A stretch of DNA of 62,776 nucleotides, counting the filler, from Rhabdomonas costata (Eukaryota), in assembly GCA_019059605.1 (NCBI GenBank). It is 38 parts of 38 records of this genome, joined end to end, with 100 filler letters (N's around TTAATTAATTAA, not from the genome) between each part and the next. Parts side by side here need not be neighbours in the genome. Positions count along the whole stretch, not along the records: positions 11,578 to 13,131 come from JAHMHO010013172.1; positions 13,232 to 14,785 come from JAHMHO010013173.1; positions 14,886 to 16,439 come from JAHMHO010013174.1; positions 16,540 to 18,093 come from JAHMHO010013175.1; positions 18,194 to 19,747 come from JAHMHO010013176.1; positions 19,848 to 21,401 come from JAHMHO010013177.1; positions 21,502 to 23,054 come from JAHMHO010013178.1; positions 23,155 to 24,708 come from JAHMHO010013179.1; 30 more parts are not named here. One strand, given 5' to 3'. The position numbers and the translations under genes are program-made. Under the pieces are notes generated by a model. The model ran no database searches, had not been told where the DNA came from, and saw only the letters and a program-made list of their open reading frames with translations. This document shows positions 12,892 to 26,119 of the stretch, one piece after another. Each line of letters opens with the position of its first letter. Positions within the stretch are counted from its first letter, which is position 1.

Positions 12892-13835
12892 GTACCTTCC
12901 GCTTTTGTCGGGAGCGTGGTAAAAATGGTGGCAATGAATTGCGTTTATGAATGCACGAAACATTGGGCCTATCAGTGGAAGTTTTGTTCCCCCAGCTCCC
13001 GAGCATGGTGGAGGACCGTGGTCCAAGACATTCTGGAAAAAACTCTCTTGCATCGGCCTGCAACCAAACCTGCTAACCGAGGGCCTGGATGCACCCGCAC
13101 CGCCCTTGACCCCAGCGTCAACCAACCAACANNNNNNNNNNNNNNNNNNNNNNNNNNNNNNNNNNNNNNNNNNNNTTAATTAATTAANNNNNNNNNNNNN
13201 NNNNNNNNNNNNNNNNNNNNNNNNNNNNNNNGTGGGGTGGTGTGGTTACGAAGTCTACGAAGAAAAGATTCTTTCAGATGAGAAGCATAAGCCCAGCAAC
13301 GTCACTATTCTCATCTAAACGATGAAGGACCTCCAATTCGAAAGGCTTCCGTATCTGAGAGTTAGTGAAAGAGTAATTGCGAACAGCCCCACAACCCCTG
13401 TGCGTATGGCAGCAGCTGAAAGCTGAAGACGCTCCCTCAACCGGTGCCGTATATGCAAGTCCCACAGCTCATCCTCTCCTTGCAGCATGCGGCAGTGCCT
13501 CCAGCTTTCAAGCTGACATAGTGTGTAAAGCTGTGAAACACCCTCTTCTTTGTTCAGTGAATTAGGCCGACGAGCTCATTCTCATTAAAAGGGCTTGTTG
13601 ATGGGCACTGACGCGTTTGCAGCGTCCCAAATATCACCAAAGAACTGGGATTCGTGTTCACCGTTTTCTTTGACGGATGTTGTCCTGCCTCTTGCATACT
13701 GTTTTTCCCTCTGGCAAACACCACCCGGACGCTTGGAACAATATGATAGATTCAGAAAGGACACCAGGATGGCACAATAACGGGCCCAAACGGAAGCTTG
13801 AAGCACGTTGAGCGAGACTGGGCAACCGTTGATGC

Positions 13836-13986
13836 CCCTCCAGGATGAGGGGCACCACCAGGGCCAACAGCTCATCCACCGTGGAGTCGGCACTGCGGAA
13901 CGCCGCACGGCGGTGGCCGGGCTCGCCATGGATCCCAATCCCCACCTCCATCTCCTCCGCCCCAAGCCGCTCCGACACGGGCTGCC
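13836..13986 (-). CDS. Dihydroxyacetone kinase (Dak1 domain) internal exon
   Basis: LGAEEMEVGIGIHGEPG signature. AAG acceptor; the exon 3' end is tentative (possible GC donor). Confidence 0.85.
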
Positions 13987-15072
13987 CTTGCAAACACGCA
14001 CACAAACACATATCAACACGTCCACAAGGCATTTGCTTTGGAGGAGATCTCTTGATGCACTTTTCATGTTCGGGAAACAGCAGCTTAGGGTCACTCTCAC
14101 CTCTGATCGTTTTGATTTAAATGGCTTAAACGGTGCTAAAAGGCAATTACGACTGCTCCAACTTCCTTCTTGTGCCGATACCGGCTTCCTCTCGCCAGAT
14201 GGACACTCAATCATCACACTGCACATCGCACACACACATACATACACAATACGTCCATAAGGCATGACGTTGGTGGAGGTCTTTCTGACTCCAGCGGGCT
14301 TTCACATTCTCTCCAGCTGCCGGGCGGCTTCTCAGGGGTGAGGATCATCCCTCTCCTGCGGGCAGAGGTTCTTCAGTGGCGCATTCTCCCGTGGTTCTAC
14401 GGAGCTCCAATCCTCATCCCCATTGGTGTTAGTGTGTTGACTTGGGTTCTTCGCCGCAGGGGACTTCCGGACTGCTCTTAGCCTTATCTGCCGCTCTCTT
14501 GGCCTTGCTGCGCACACACGCACAGAAACACAAGTCGCTCTCTCTCAAATCGAGTGTGAGAATGCTGAAGAGTGGCAGCGAGGGAGGTGGGGTCTTTCTT
14601 TTCACATCTTTCATATTCACACTTGGGTGATGCGTGTCAAGAGCAACCCTATTATTCATTATTTTTCAGGGCAGGCTGAAACTCCTGAATTTCGACACCG
14701 CACCGCAGGCTGCAGCAACCGGACTTTGAGCTTCTCCGTGGTGGTCTCCCAAAAGCTCCGCGACGGGGATCTGTGGGTCTGCGCGNNNNNNNNNNNNNNN
14801 NNNNNNNNNNNNNNNNNNNNNNNNNNNNNTTAATTAATTAANNNNNNNNNNNNNNNNNNNNNNNNNNNNNNNNNNNNNNNNNNNNGGTGGGTGTGTGTGG
14901 GTTATGCGGGCATTTCTTCCTGAGCAGAAGTTGTTCCAGTAGTAGCGAACCTATCTGAGTTCCCTGTTTTTGTGATTTTGTGTTTGGTGTGCCCTAGCTT
15001 GTTTTTGACAAGCTTGATATGTCGAACTGTCTCTCTTGATGTGAGCCTTCTCCGCTCCATCGTTTCTGTCAG

Positions 15073-16267
15073 GTTTGCTGAGTTACCCCCGCACGGAGAC
15101 GGACCACTTCACCCTCTCGGACAGCGTACGTCTGAGCTTTCCCCCGCTCTGTCCCCGCTCTCTCGCCCGGGTGGTGAATTCGAATGACCCCAAAATGACG
15201 ACGATTTAAAAATTGCTTCACCAGATGGTGTTGCCGAGGCAAAGGAAACCGACTTCTGGTGATGAGGGATGGCGCAGCTTGACGATGCACATGCTGGGCC
15301 TTTGCCTTTTCATCTTTTTAATGGTGCAAGTTATACGGTGCCTGTGTGCTTTTTTCCATTGAGCGCGACTCATTCTGAAGGTGCGTGTGTATTTGTGTAT
15401 GTCTGCCGTCAAAAGTGTTGGTTTAGGGAATGTTTGTTGGTCTTCGGGGTCGCATGCGTCGGGAAGAGCTCTTGAGTTCATTCGGAGTGATTTTTCTTCA
15501 AAACCGAAGTGGTGATTCGATGACCTTGAAATCACCTTCAGTCTTGGTGAGGTTATTGTCTGTGGAATTTGTGGTTATGTGTGCAGGAGTTGCACGCCCT
15601 GGTGCAGGAGCAGACCGGAGCGCCATCATGGGGGGCCTACGCCAGCTCCCTTCTTGCGGGAGCCTACCGCCGGCCGCGACAAGGGCAGCACGATGACAAA
15701 GTACCAAGCGCCCGTGCCCTTCTCTCTTCAAGGGCACTTTTTTTTGCTCTGTCCCGAGAATTCCCAGAGAAAAGGCATGACTGCCTTCTTAATGTTTGAT
15801 GCTATGAGACTTTTGGACCCTCGCTGGCAGCAGTGGGAAACTCATAATTATTCTGCCCATGGAATGTCCCGACGCAGCCGCCCGCTTGAACCGCGTCACA
15901 GAGTTACACGCCGCCCAAATAGTCTCATCGGTCATATCATTGCTGGGCTAAACCCCAGTAATGACAATTTTGCATTGATCCGCAAAATCCAAAAACGTTT
16001 AGCAGAATTTAGTTTCTAACACCCCCCCCTTCCCATAAAACACGCAAATACACAAACACAGAGCAGTTCCATGTGTGCCGCGTCTGTGAACTGCGTGGTT
16101 GGGATTTCCAGGCTCACCCCCCGATTCACCCGACGAAGGCCGCCCCAAGGGACTTGGCCTCGGACCGGGCCAAGCTCTACGAGCTGGTGGCCCGGCACTT
16201 TCTGGCGTGCTGCTCCGATGACGCGTTGGCCAATGTGGTGAACGTCACGGTCCACATCGCAACAGAG
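15073..16267 (+). CDS. TOP3A: DNA topoisomerase III alpha; exons 15073-15125, 15587-15700, 16112-16267
   Basis: LLSYPRTET (catalytic Tyr), WGAYA..., HDDK|AHPPIHPTK and LYELVARHFLACCSDDA. Exons join in phase. Confidence 0.93.
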
Positions 16268-16924
16268 GCATCTTTGCGCATGTAGGAGGGGAGGGGAGCG
16301 CCTCTTGTGTTTCCATGACCTTCACGTTTCCGCTTGTGAAGTCTCCCGGAGGCTCCCCTAAAAACGTCAAAGTTGACCTAAAACGGCCACAAATGCACAG
16401 AAAAACCAAAATTCGTCAGGGAAAGGCAAAAATGAGTCANNNNNNNNNNNNNNNNNNNNNNNNNNNNNNNNNNNNNNNNNNNNTTAATTAATTAANNNNN
16501 NNNNNNNNNNNNNNNNNNNNNNNNNNNNNNNNNNNNNNNGTGTTTTGTGGACGTAGGTTCGGGTTCAGGCCAGCCACCGGGGACAGCAGCCCCACACTGC
16601 GACTGCCCAGGACCCGAACCTACGTCCACAATTAGCATTCGGGCCAGGCGCCTCCCCGAGCCATGGCCATATAATAAGCTTGGAGCGATGGATGACTCAT
16701 AAGAGAAGAAGACATTCGGCAGGAGGACAGCGGCGAGTGTTTAAGATGCCATAATATCATCTAATGAGGTTTTCAGTGACTGTATTGGACAAAAAGTTCG
16801 CGCAACCTCAGAGGGTGCTTGAAAGATGCTTGTGATATTACCAGGAAAGTCTCCGCAGTTCATGTAAAATGCTGCTGAAAGGGGTAGTTTCAACCCTTAC
16901 TCGTTCCGTGCACGTGCAAGCGAT

Positions 16925-16948
16925 GTATAATAATGTATAATAATAATG

Positions 16949-17000
<52 letters not shown>

Positions 17001-17018
17001 TATAATAATAATGTATAA
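16925..17018 (+). repeat. (AAT)n microsatellite interrupted by GT
   Basis: tgtataataat...(aat)n...tgtataata. Confidence 0.95.
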
Positions 17019-17479
17019 TAGCCGCTGGATTCACCGGTCTGTTCTGGCACTAATCAGATATCGAGAAACGCGCCCGGTATAATATGCCAAGCACCTCATC
17101 AGGTGGAAGGTCAATAATCGCCACCTGTCGTCATCTGTCTTCATTGTCCATTGGTTCCCTGCTGTGAATGGAAAAAGTGGCTCCCCACCAGTGCCCTACG
17201 GAAGTACTAAAACATTCTGATGCTTCGGTGTCAACCTCTGGTTCAGCAGCGCTCGAACGACAACGCATTTTCCTTTTATTGCAATCGGATGCAAATGGCA
17301 ACGTGACATGACAGAGCTGGTGTTGGCAAAAATCAGTCAAAAGTCAGCGAAGTGGGCAAAGTGGGCGAGTTGTTGATGAGAAGAGTGTGAGCGAGGAGTG
17401 GCAGGATAAAGCATAACCAGTTTAACCCGCCTGACAGATTGAAATCGCAAATAAAAAACAAGCCCATTGTGAAACCCAC

Positions 17480-17731
17480 CTGATATTTCAGGGACTGCTC
17501 CCGGATGGCATTCCAGATTTCCGTACGCGGCACGTTTTGGGGCAGCTCGGGGTTCAGCAGAAGCGCCGCCCGAATCCGGGCCGCATTGAGTGCTGGCAGC
17601 AGCGCAGAGATCTCAGCGGCGGGGGTGCACACCACGGCCAGGTCAGGGGTCACCGGCAAGTGCTGCAGGCTGGGATACGACAGCAGCCCCCCAAACGAGG
17701 AGGTTCCCGGGTGAACGGCAAAAGTAGGTCC
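17480..17731 (-). CDS. CoA-binding domain exon, ADP-forming acyl-CoA synthetase / Pat(YfiQ)-like family
   Basis: FAVHPG...GLLSYPSLQHLPVTPDLAVVCTPA motif in an 84-codon exon bounded by CAG and GT. Confidence 0.75.
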
Positions 17732-18318
17732 CTGCACAAAAGTCACAGAAAAACTGACAACGAGAGAACGGAAGCGACCGATCTTCGCGATGGACACAAA
17801 AGAGCAACTTCAAACAAACAGCAAAAAACCAAAACAATCAACAACCAGCAGAAAAATCAACAAGTGTAAGTGTAAGTAGCTGGTTGCGACGGGGCGTGAC
17901 GATGTACGGATTGACGGGTGAACCCCCCAAAAGTCAGAATTTCGTAAAAGAAGAGGAAGAACAGGAAGACGCAAAAACCGCGTGCGGGCGCACACACACA
18001 TATCCATGAAGTGAATAGAGCCACCAAAATGTCAGCATGCACTTGAACGTGCAACCCATCCCACCCCGAAAACGAAGGAGCAACCAAAACCCCNNNNNNN
18101 NNNNNNNNNNNNNNNNNNNNNNNNNNNNNNNNNNNNNTTAATTAATTAANNNNNNNNNNNNNNNNNNNNNNNNNNNNNNNNNNNNNNNNNNNNTTGTTGT
18201 TGGACCTTCATGAGATCCAACCGGCGCTTCATTGGAAATACTCTCATACACAAACACGTTGAAATGCAGTGTCTTCCAGTTTGGACCGATTCTCTGTGGC
18301 GTGATGTGTCTCTTTCAG

Positions 18319-19674
18319 GGCTTGGCGGGGTGACGGAGCTGGCGACGGCGCTGGGGCAGAACACCTCCCTGACCGAGTTAAGCCTCCGTGGCAACTCCCT
18401 GGGCATCGCGGCCGCCCTTCTGCTGGCTTCTGGCCTGCAGGCCTGCCACACGCGCTGTCTGTTTGTCTCTTTCTCGGATGCCCTGGTCACCTAGCCCCAA
18501 ACCCTAACCGTATAACCCTACTAACCAATCATCGTTTTTTGTTTTTTCCTGGAAATCGACCCTGGACATTGCCATGCGTATGCATTCATAATAGGACATT
18601 GCTCCAAAATTCGTACAAGTTTCACGCGTATTTTCAGATGTGTCGATGTCTCCGAATTAGTATCGCCGCGGGCTCTTTTTTTTTTGGACTTGGAGCCAGA
18701 AACAGAAGCGAAACCCCTAACCGCCAACATTACAGAAAGCAAGTGATGCAGTCAATCTTCAGAGAAATTTCCTGTTTTTTTTGGGGCGAGGGGATCAGAA
18801 TTGTTATGGGTCTCGCAGGACATCATGTTTTGTCCTCAATGTCAAACGCCGAGCAGTTGCCTGTGCACGTGCCTATGTTATGTTGGTCGCAGCACTTCGC
18901 AGAGTTAGTTTCTTCACCCCTCAAAACACAACCTGCACTTGCAGGGGGCATATTTAGGAAACCAAACTGAAAATCAGGCTAATCTCTCTCTTGGGGGCGG
19001 AAGCGCCTCGGGTCTTTATTTTTTTGACTGCACAATTGAAGCAAAAAGGCTGGTAGTCCGTTTTTGTACCCCCTGGCTGTGGCCCTTCAGGCGGCTCTTT
19101 TTATCTGCCGCTTCTTCCCCTCGCAGCCTGAGAGTCTGACGTGACACCCACAACGTGCAAGACCTAACCCTAGCCCAAACTGAACCCTCGCTTTATTTTC
19201 AAAAGTTTTAAGTTGACTGCTCTTTTCACTCCTTTTCCGTCGTCCGGTGAACAGTGGACAGCGACTGTGCGTCCGTTTGGATCTTTTGACAGCATTTGCA
19301 CGCAGCTTAATTCTTGTTGATGTGGACTGGTCGCGACGCTTGCTAATAAGAAGTAACAGAACCAAAAGGAAACGTTGCATACCATATTCTTTTTCCATAA
19401 AAAACTCAGCATTGGTCCCAGATGGGCACAACAACTTTCGTTCATTCTGTTATCCCGATAAACCTACCAGCGCATATGCGGCGATCAACCAACCGAACAT
19501 GGCGCAGGGGTGCGACTCGTACACACAAACAACCGTTCCTCCCCAGGGCAACACCACGCTGCGGCACCTGTTCCTGGGGCACAACTGTGTGGGCGACGAT
19601 GGGGCGCAAGCCCTGGCCAGGGCGCTGGCCCGCAACGAGGGCGGGCTGCACACCTTGGACCTCTCCGCCAACCG
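18319..19674 (+). CDS. Ribonuclease-inhibitor-like (NLRC3-type) leucine-rich-repeat protein; exons 18319-18440 and 19547-19674
   Basis: NTSLTELSLRGNSLG...LASGLQ|GNTTLRHLFLGHNCVGDDGAQALARAL. The 28-aa repeat period is preserved across a GC-AG intron. Confidence 0.9.
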
Positions 19675-22600
19675 GTGCGTGCCCAGTCGTCGACCCCCCT
19701 CTCCCGCGCACCAGAATCCATCTACTGATTGCCGTGTACACACACACNNNNNNNNNNNNNNNNNNNNNNNNNNNNNNNNNNNNNNNNNNNNTTAATTAAT
19801 TAANNNNNNNNNNNNNNNNNNNNNNNNNNNNNNNNNNNNNNNNNNNNGTGGTGGGTGTGTTTGGGGTGGTTGTGTTGTTTCTGTTGGGGGAGTTCCCTCC
19901 CATGGAGAGCTGCGAGGACCCTGAGAACGCCCTGCTCCCCTTGGTGCGGAATTGCTGGGCTTGGTGCATTCGGACGGGAGGTAGGCTCGGTGTCCTCTGG
20001 TTGGGATAATTTCCTCCTTGTGGCTTTTGATAAACGTGCTGCTCTGCTGATATAGCATTGCAACGAAGATAACCCACACAAATGCTGCCGCCGCTTCGTA
20101 ACCTCTCCACTCATTGTTTTGGGAAAGGAACCACCTGTGCTTCCTTTTTGGCAAGGTCTGCGTGTGAATTTGCAAGGGAGCTAACCCGAAAATGGTTCAC
20201 CGTTGTTTTTTCTCATCTACTTGTGTTTCGTCTCTTGTATTTGCTAAATATGGAAGGGTCATTTCAGAAGGTCACCAAGCCAAAGGCAACCACACGTATG
20301 GCTATTGGAGAAAAGTGTGTAAAAAGTATACAAGGTAGGTATCTCATTTCTTGCTCTTTTTCTCATTTTTATTCCTGCTTCGTTGTTCTCATCAGTTACC
20401 ATTGTATGGACCAATTTTCATTCGCACACATTTGATCATGCAACAGTGTGAACCAGTATGATGTTCTGTGAGTTATGCAAACGCTGCGTTGCGCTCAGGA
20501 GTTGCCACGGAGCACCTCCGCGCAAGTGCTTCCGAAAACGCTGTGCTCACCTTGGCCGAAGTGTCGGACGCCACCAACAAACTCCGGATGACTCTAGGCA
20601 AGGCCATTGTGGAGGGCCTCGACTGGAGCCACCACAGTCCCTCAACTCGAATGGCCCTTCTGGAGATTCTCGTCGGTTTTTGTTCATCCTCTTTCTCTGA
20701 CAGCCTGTGGTTTTTCGTCTTTCCTTTCGTCGTGGTTGTGGTTGAGGCTGCCTTGCGGTTATTGTTCCTTCTTGTGCTCCAGTCATTCCCGGCGTGCTTT
20801 TAGGCTGCGCCAGAGGACTTTCGGGTTTCCTGATGGTGATGCAGCACATGGAGGCGCAGGCGGGCGAAGCCGCCGTAGCTGTCAGCTCGGTTTTCTTTCT
20901 ACTCCCTCTCTTTTTTTAAGTGAGCATGCCTTTTAAATCTTCACGTTCTTGTGTGGTCAGAATGCACTCACAATATTACGATAGAAACCCACACTGAAAT
21001 CTGTGATAGACGTGATTATACGGTGTCTCGTTCATACCTGAAACCAACCATCACACCCTCGGGTGAAAAACATGTGAAGAATCATGTGAAGTTATCTCAC
21101 AATGTGTCCAATATCTCGCATCCCGTCCCCCTTCCTCCAAAAATAGTGACCAGGCCCGTATATTTTGGCTTCTTGTTCTTCTATTACAATAAATCACAAA
21201 GCCGAAGCAGGCCTGGGGTCTTTGTATACAGCAGGCCTCCCGAAACGCTGCGTGGCCGGTCCTTGGGGTCAGGGGAGTCCCGACCTTTCACCCTCGGCCG
21301 GTGACGGTGCCCCTTGGCGGCTCTTTCGTAACCCTTTTGCGCCGCTTCTTGCCCCACGCAGCAGAGGGTTTACGACAGCACCCACAACGTACTTTACAAC
21401 GNNNNNNNNNNNNNNNNNNNNNNNNNNNNNNNNNNNNNNNNNNNNTTAATTAATTAANNNNNNNNNNNNNNNNNNNNNNNNNNNNNNNNNNNNNNNNNNN
21501 NCACCCAAAATGCGGGAAAACGCTACCTTGCAGAGTAACTTTCAGGCAGGTTGACCGACAGAGTTCAGATGTCAGATTTCGGCACCAAGGGCAAACCAAG
21601 ACATTGAATACAAAAGTATAGTGGTGGGCACCAGACATTCAAAAGAACAGGGATACTCCCCCCCCCAGACACATTGTGTACCCATATATAGAGAGAGGCA
21701 GGGTTTCGTCCACCGCATGCATACACCCCAGTCTCCATTTGAGAATCAAACCTTGGCTTTCTCCAGGCCCTCGGCGGGCAAGTCCAATGCCAGGCTTTTT
21801 GCCCGCCTGAAGGCAAACAAAGGCACAGAATACACGGTAAACCCATTATATGCCCCAACTCCATACTCTAATAAGGAAGGCTATTTCTTGGAGGCCCGCA
21901 GGATAGTAGTAGTGGTGATAATGGTGCATTCACAGTAACCTGTGGTAACTAAGCTTACAAACGGACACCACCAAAATACGATAACAGCGCATTGTACAGG
22001 CCCCTCAGTCATCTTTCGCACCCCAACACGTCCGCTCAGGCCAGACCCCGAAGCTGGCCTTCGCCCTGGTCCCCACCAGTGAATACTTTCCACCTGCCAT
22101 CGTCCGGATCAGCCATCGTCCCGAAAGATCCAGGAAAAGTTTCTCTCCTCATCGATTTAGCAACGTTAGACCTCTCTGCTGCAGCGCTGCTCTCCGTGCC
22201 TCACTCTAAGGGCAGATGCCATTGGGGTTTGGGGTGTGGTGTGGATGGGGTGGCGTGGGGGCACCGGTTTCCTGCATTCAAAATGGTCTAAAGAAATCTG
22301 AATTGTTGTTTCAGTGGTGATGGAGAAGCACGTGGTGGGGAGAGATCAAGAGACTGAAGAAGGCCTCCCGAGGTGGCACGTGCCATCATTCGTGCTTCCC
22401 TATGAGTGGGATGCACACAGCATACGCTTGGCATCGGCTGCACGAAGGGGAGGCAGGGCCGAGAGGCTCCGCCATCCTTCGGTTACGGAAGCCGCACCCC
22501 CTCGCCTCGCTCACCTCTCAAAAATCTCAGAAAAATCCACACCAGCGAACATGTACATATGAAAGCAGTCCACTAAGCCACAAAGGAAGCGCACACTTTG

Positions 22601-23325
22601 CAAGGGTTTTGCGCTGAGATGGAAAAAGCCAATCGCATCCACAAGGGCGCGAAAAAGGGTTTTTCCGATCCAATTGGTCACGAAAACCAACGCTACGGTA
22701 CGACGTCCATGTAAAGATGTTCAAATATTTCTTCTGCATCGCCCGCTGTTGACATGGGGTCCGAAGGGACAAAAAACAGAAAAACAGAAAGACGTCCAGC
22801 CTCCCAATAAAGTTTGGGAGCAAAACAGACGATTTAATAGATAGAGCTGCGTTCCCAACTTCTGACCACAATCTAAAGCCGGCTACACAGCAGACGACGG
22901 TATGGTAGGGAACGTCATTCACATAGCGACCGGTGTGACACCTTACCGAAATTTAGAAAAATTTGCAAACCTTGGTTGTGGCCTCAGCATACAGAGGGAA
23001 GTCAGCATCGATGAACTTTGCAGCTGATGATTTTTGGAGGTCTACCCCCCACAANNNNNNNNNNNNNNNNNNNNNNNNNNNNNNNNNNNNNNNNNNNNTT
23101 AATTAATTAANNNNNNNNNNNNNNNNNNNNNNNNNNNNNNNNNNNNNNNNNNNNTTTGTGCCGTTACCCCACGGCGCCGTTCGCTTCAACGGTACCTCTC
23201 GCGAACACTCGTGGCCAACAGACAGCGCCCGTCAGTCCACCGCACAGTGGTCACCAACAATCACTCAGGCAACAGTCAGCACGTTGTGTCCCCACCGCAC
23301 CCGCACACATGATGCTTGTCCGCAG

Positions 23326-24702
23326 AGCTGGCCAAGACGGGGCAGCACAAAAACACCCTCTTCATTGACTGCGACCTGGAGGGCTCGACGGGGATGAAGC
23401 TGGTGCGCCAGGCCTTCCCGGAGTGCTTCATCTCCGGCGGGGTGATGGAGCGCGGTAATTTCTCTGCCGCCGCGGGGTTTGGGTTCACTGGAGAGAAGCA
23501 GGGCGTCTTCGCCACCTTCAGCGCTTTCCTGGAGATGATCATCAGCGAGGTCCGTCTGCGAAGAGAATGGGATGGGGGGTGGGATTGCGGGTTTTTCTAC
23601 GAGCCAGAACGCGCGTCGCTCAGTCGGAAACGGAGATTGCTGCGTGATTCATGCGCTAGGTCGTTTAGGGCGGTTAAGTTCATCCTGCACTTAGTCGGGC
23701 TTAGTGAGGCTGAGCAGGAAACCTCTCTGATATGCGATTTCCACATTCGCATCCATTCAGCGGTTTTCGTCGTAATTCTGCCCGTTTAAAAGTCCCAGAA
23801 TGGACGGCTCCAGGATCCGTGAACCCGCCTGCTCATTGCACTCCTGCCCTTGGTCCTTCTGCCCACTGCCCTTCATTCTGTATTCCCCGTTACCACTTCG
23901 CATCTCGCGCCATCGTTCCTGCCATGTTCGATGGGAATGAAGGATTTTCATGTGCTGGTCCCAATTATGCTGTGTGCAGATTACCATGGCACGGATGAAC
24001 AAGGCGAATGTCCTGTGCCATTTCAGGTGTCGTGTGTGGCTCGTCAGTGTGCTTGCTTTTTGTGTTGTACCAAGACAGTTTTTGTTTTTTGTGCAGCCGT
24101 TTTTTCGCCATTCCCGCCCCCTCACCGCCCACACACCGTGCACGCGCAGCAGCACCCCTCTATCCTCCTTTGCGGGGTCCTCCGAAACGAAACGAGGTGT
24201 GCGTTTTTCACCATAGGATACCCACCACCACTAAGGGGGTTTTAACCCCCTTTCATAAATATTTTACCCCCCCCTTTTTTTTTGGTTCCTGTTTGGGACC
24301 TCACCCTCAGTCACTCTGGGGTGGATGACATGTCGGACAACACCTGCCACTTTGGGCTGAACAACTGGTTCGCTGACAACGGCTTGGAGGTATCTGAGAC
24401 CCGCACCCAAACAGAGAGTGCAAATAGGTTTCCAGCATGGCTGACACGTTGGTCGAGCCTTTTTCTGAAATCTGTTGTCTGATAGAGCGTTCGTGTCTGC
24501 CCAAGGCCACGGAAACAATCGCAACGGCTGAACCACATGCTGAAATATATCCGATGCTGGTGTAGTTGAAGTGTTCATATGGGATTGCACAGCTCTCTGG
24601 ACAGAAAATTCGGGCTCACTTTTTCTTCGGCATTGGCTGTCTTCTTTTCTTCGCTTTGCCCTGCCTCTGCAGCTCGGCGACATGACCCGGCTGTACTTCC
24701 CC
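23326..24702 (+). CDS. Transketolase-like protein, pyrimidine-binding domain; exons 23326-23549, 23980-24026, 24311-24389, 24673-contig end
   Basis: IDCDLEGSTG...GGVMERGNFSAAAGFG...ATFSAFLEMIISE|ITMARMNKANVLCHFS|HSGVDDMSDNTCHFG...|TRLYFP. All introns are GT-AG and in phase. Confidence 0.9.
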
Positions 24703-25588
24703 ACAACANNNNNNNNNNNNNNNNNNNNNNNNNNNNNNNNNNNNNNNNNNNNTTAATTAATTAANNNNNNNNNNNNNNNNNNNNNNNNNNNNNNNNNNNN
24801 NNNNNNNNGACCGATTGTGTTTGACACAACAGCGCCCGCAGGGACCCAAAATGAGGCGAGGCATAGGACAGAGCTCGACGCCTTCAAAAGAGGGGTTTGC
24901 CAGGAAGCTCTCGATGCAGTCGGCAAGCGCCGCAGCCCAAGCAAAACTCGTTCCCTTTGGGAGGAACCGAATAATACCAAAGGGCAGAGAGAAGGACCGC
25001 CCTAGGTCTGCTCGGGGAGGAGAAGGACCATGCGAGGGAGACGAGGCGTCTCACGATTCAGGGCGGGGGCGTTTCTCCAGGTGGTCAGAACCAGTTTTGC
25101 ACCTGCGGCAGCACTGAGCTGAAGGAACCAGCAGCTGACAGAGAGAGCATACTCGCAGGTTAGGAAACTCTCAGGGAGCGCCTGACCTGCTCCCAGATGA
25201 TATGCTTCCATGTGGTTGCCGCCCGGAGCGGTTGGAGCACAGCGGGCAACGAAAGACAACACTTCGAAGATGTGGTGCTCTTTGAAGGAGCCAGGCAGCA
25301 AGTGTGCACTAGGCCCTCTTGCCTGAGCCCCCAGATGGAGTTAACCAGCACCGCACCGACGAAGGAAAGCGACCGCCCGCCGATGATCTACAGGGCAAAC
25401 TGGGACACTCGCGACGGAGGGATGACAGAGCCCGTTGCCAATGTGGGGTAGAAAAGGAATAACGAAAAAATGACTACGCTCAGTACTTGTGTGGAATTGC
25501 TTGCTGAACGGTCGCTTGCTTCACAGGTTTTTTTGTTCCTTGTTTTTGACTTGATTGTTTACTTCGCACCCCCAACTCAGATCTTTTG

Positions 25589-26119
25589 ATGGCAGCCTCC
25601 CTCCGCGAGGTGCTTCCGAAGGCAGGGCTGGTGTACTCAGAAAAGAGTTCACTTTCCGAGATTCTATCTAAGCCCAAGATTCTGCCCCTGAAGTCCATCA
25701 CGCTGGAGCGCATCGAGGAGATGGAGAAGCGCGCTGCTGCCGTCTTTGCCAGCAGCCGTCCCCCCACTTCCACAGCTCGGCCGCCCACGTCTTCTGCTCA
25801 CCAATCATCTCGTGCTGAGGCACAGCGCTTGCGTCCATTACCCGTTGAGAGGCTGGACCGCTCCGACGCCGGAAGTACCCCCACTGCGTCCCCTCAGCAG
25901 GCTGGTCAGGAAGGCGCTTCGCCGATCTCTCCGCGGCCATTTTCTCCCCTCAGTCGACGGCTGGGCAAGAAGGTAGCAAAGGCTTCCTACGTCTTCTCTG
26001 CGGCAGTGGTGCCGGGGAAGGGTCGCGTGGCCAACATTGCGTTTGAGACAGTCGCAACGGACTATTCTCGGGATACCGTGATGAATTCTCTTGAAGGCCT
26101 GGAGTCGAATTTATCTCAG
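25589..26119 (+). CDS. BBIP1: First exon of a protein with an N-terminal BBS18/BBIP10 domain and a long C-terminal extension
   Basis: LREVLPKAGLVYSE...EILSKPKILPLKSITLERIEEM matches the BBIP10 motif REVLPKQG...[21 protein letters not shown]. The exon ends at CAG|GTACGG. Confidence 0.85.

Noticed and set aside
13232-13247. G/T-only contig starts and A/C-only contig ends as nanochromosome telomeres
   Set aside because: The polarity is opposite to real telomeres (which are C-rich at 5' ends) and there is no fixed unit. It is more consistent with low-quality read tails.
16545-16631. Perfect 20-bp inverted repeat (candidate MITE)
   Set aside because: It also begins within a few nt of a contig start, so it is probably the same fold-back artefact.
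17060-17130. Hammerhead ribozyme (CTGATGAG on the minus strand)
   Set aside because: The required GAAA core is not on the same strand after stem II.
13836-24702. DAK + ACD-like + transketolase-like genes as a metabolic cluster
   Set aside because: They lie on separate contigs ordered only by length, so adjacency is meaningless.
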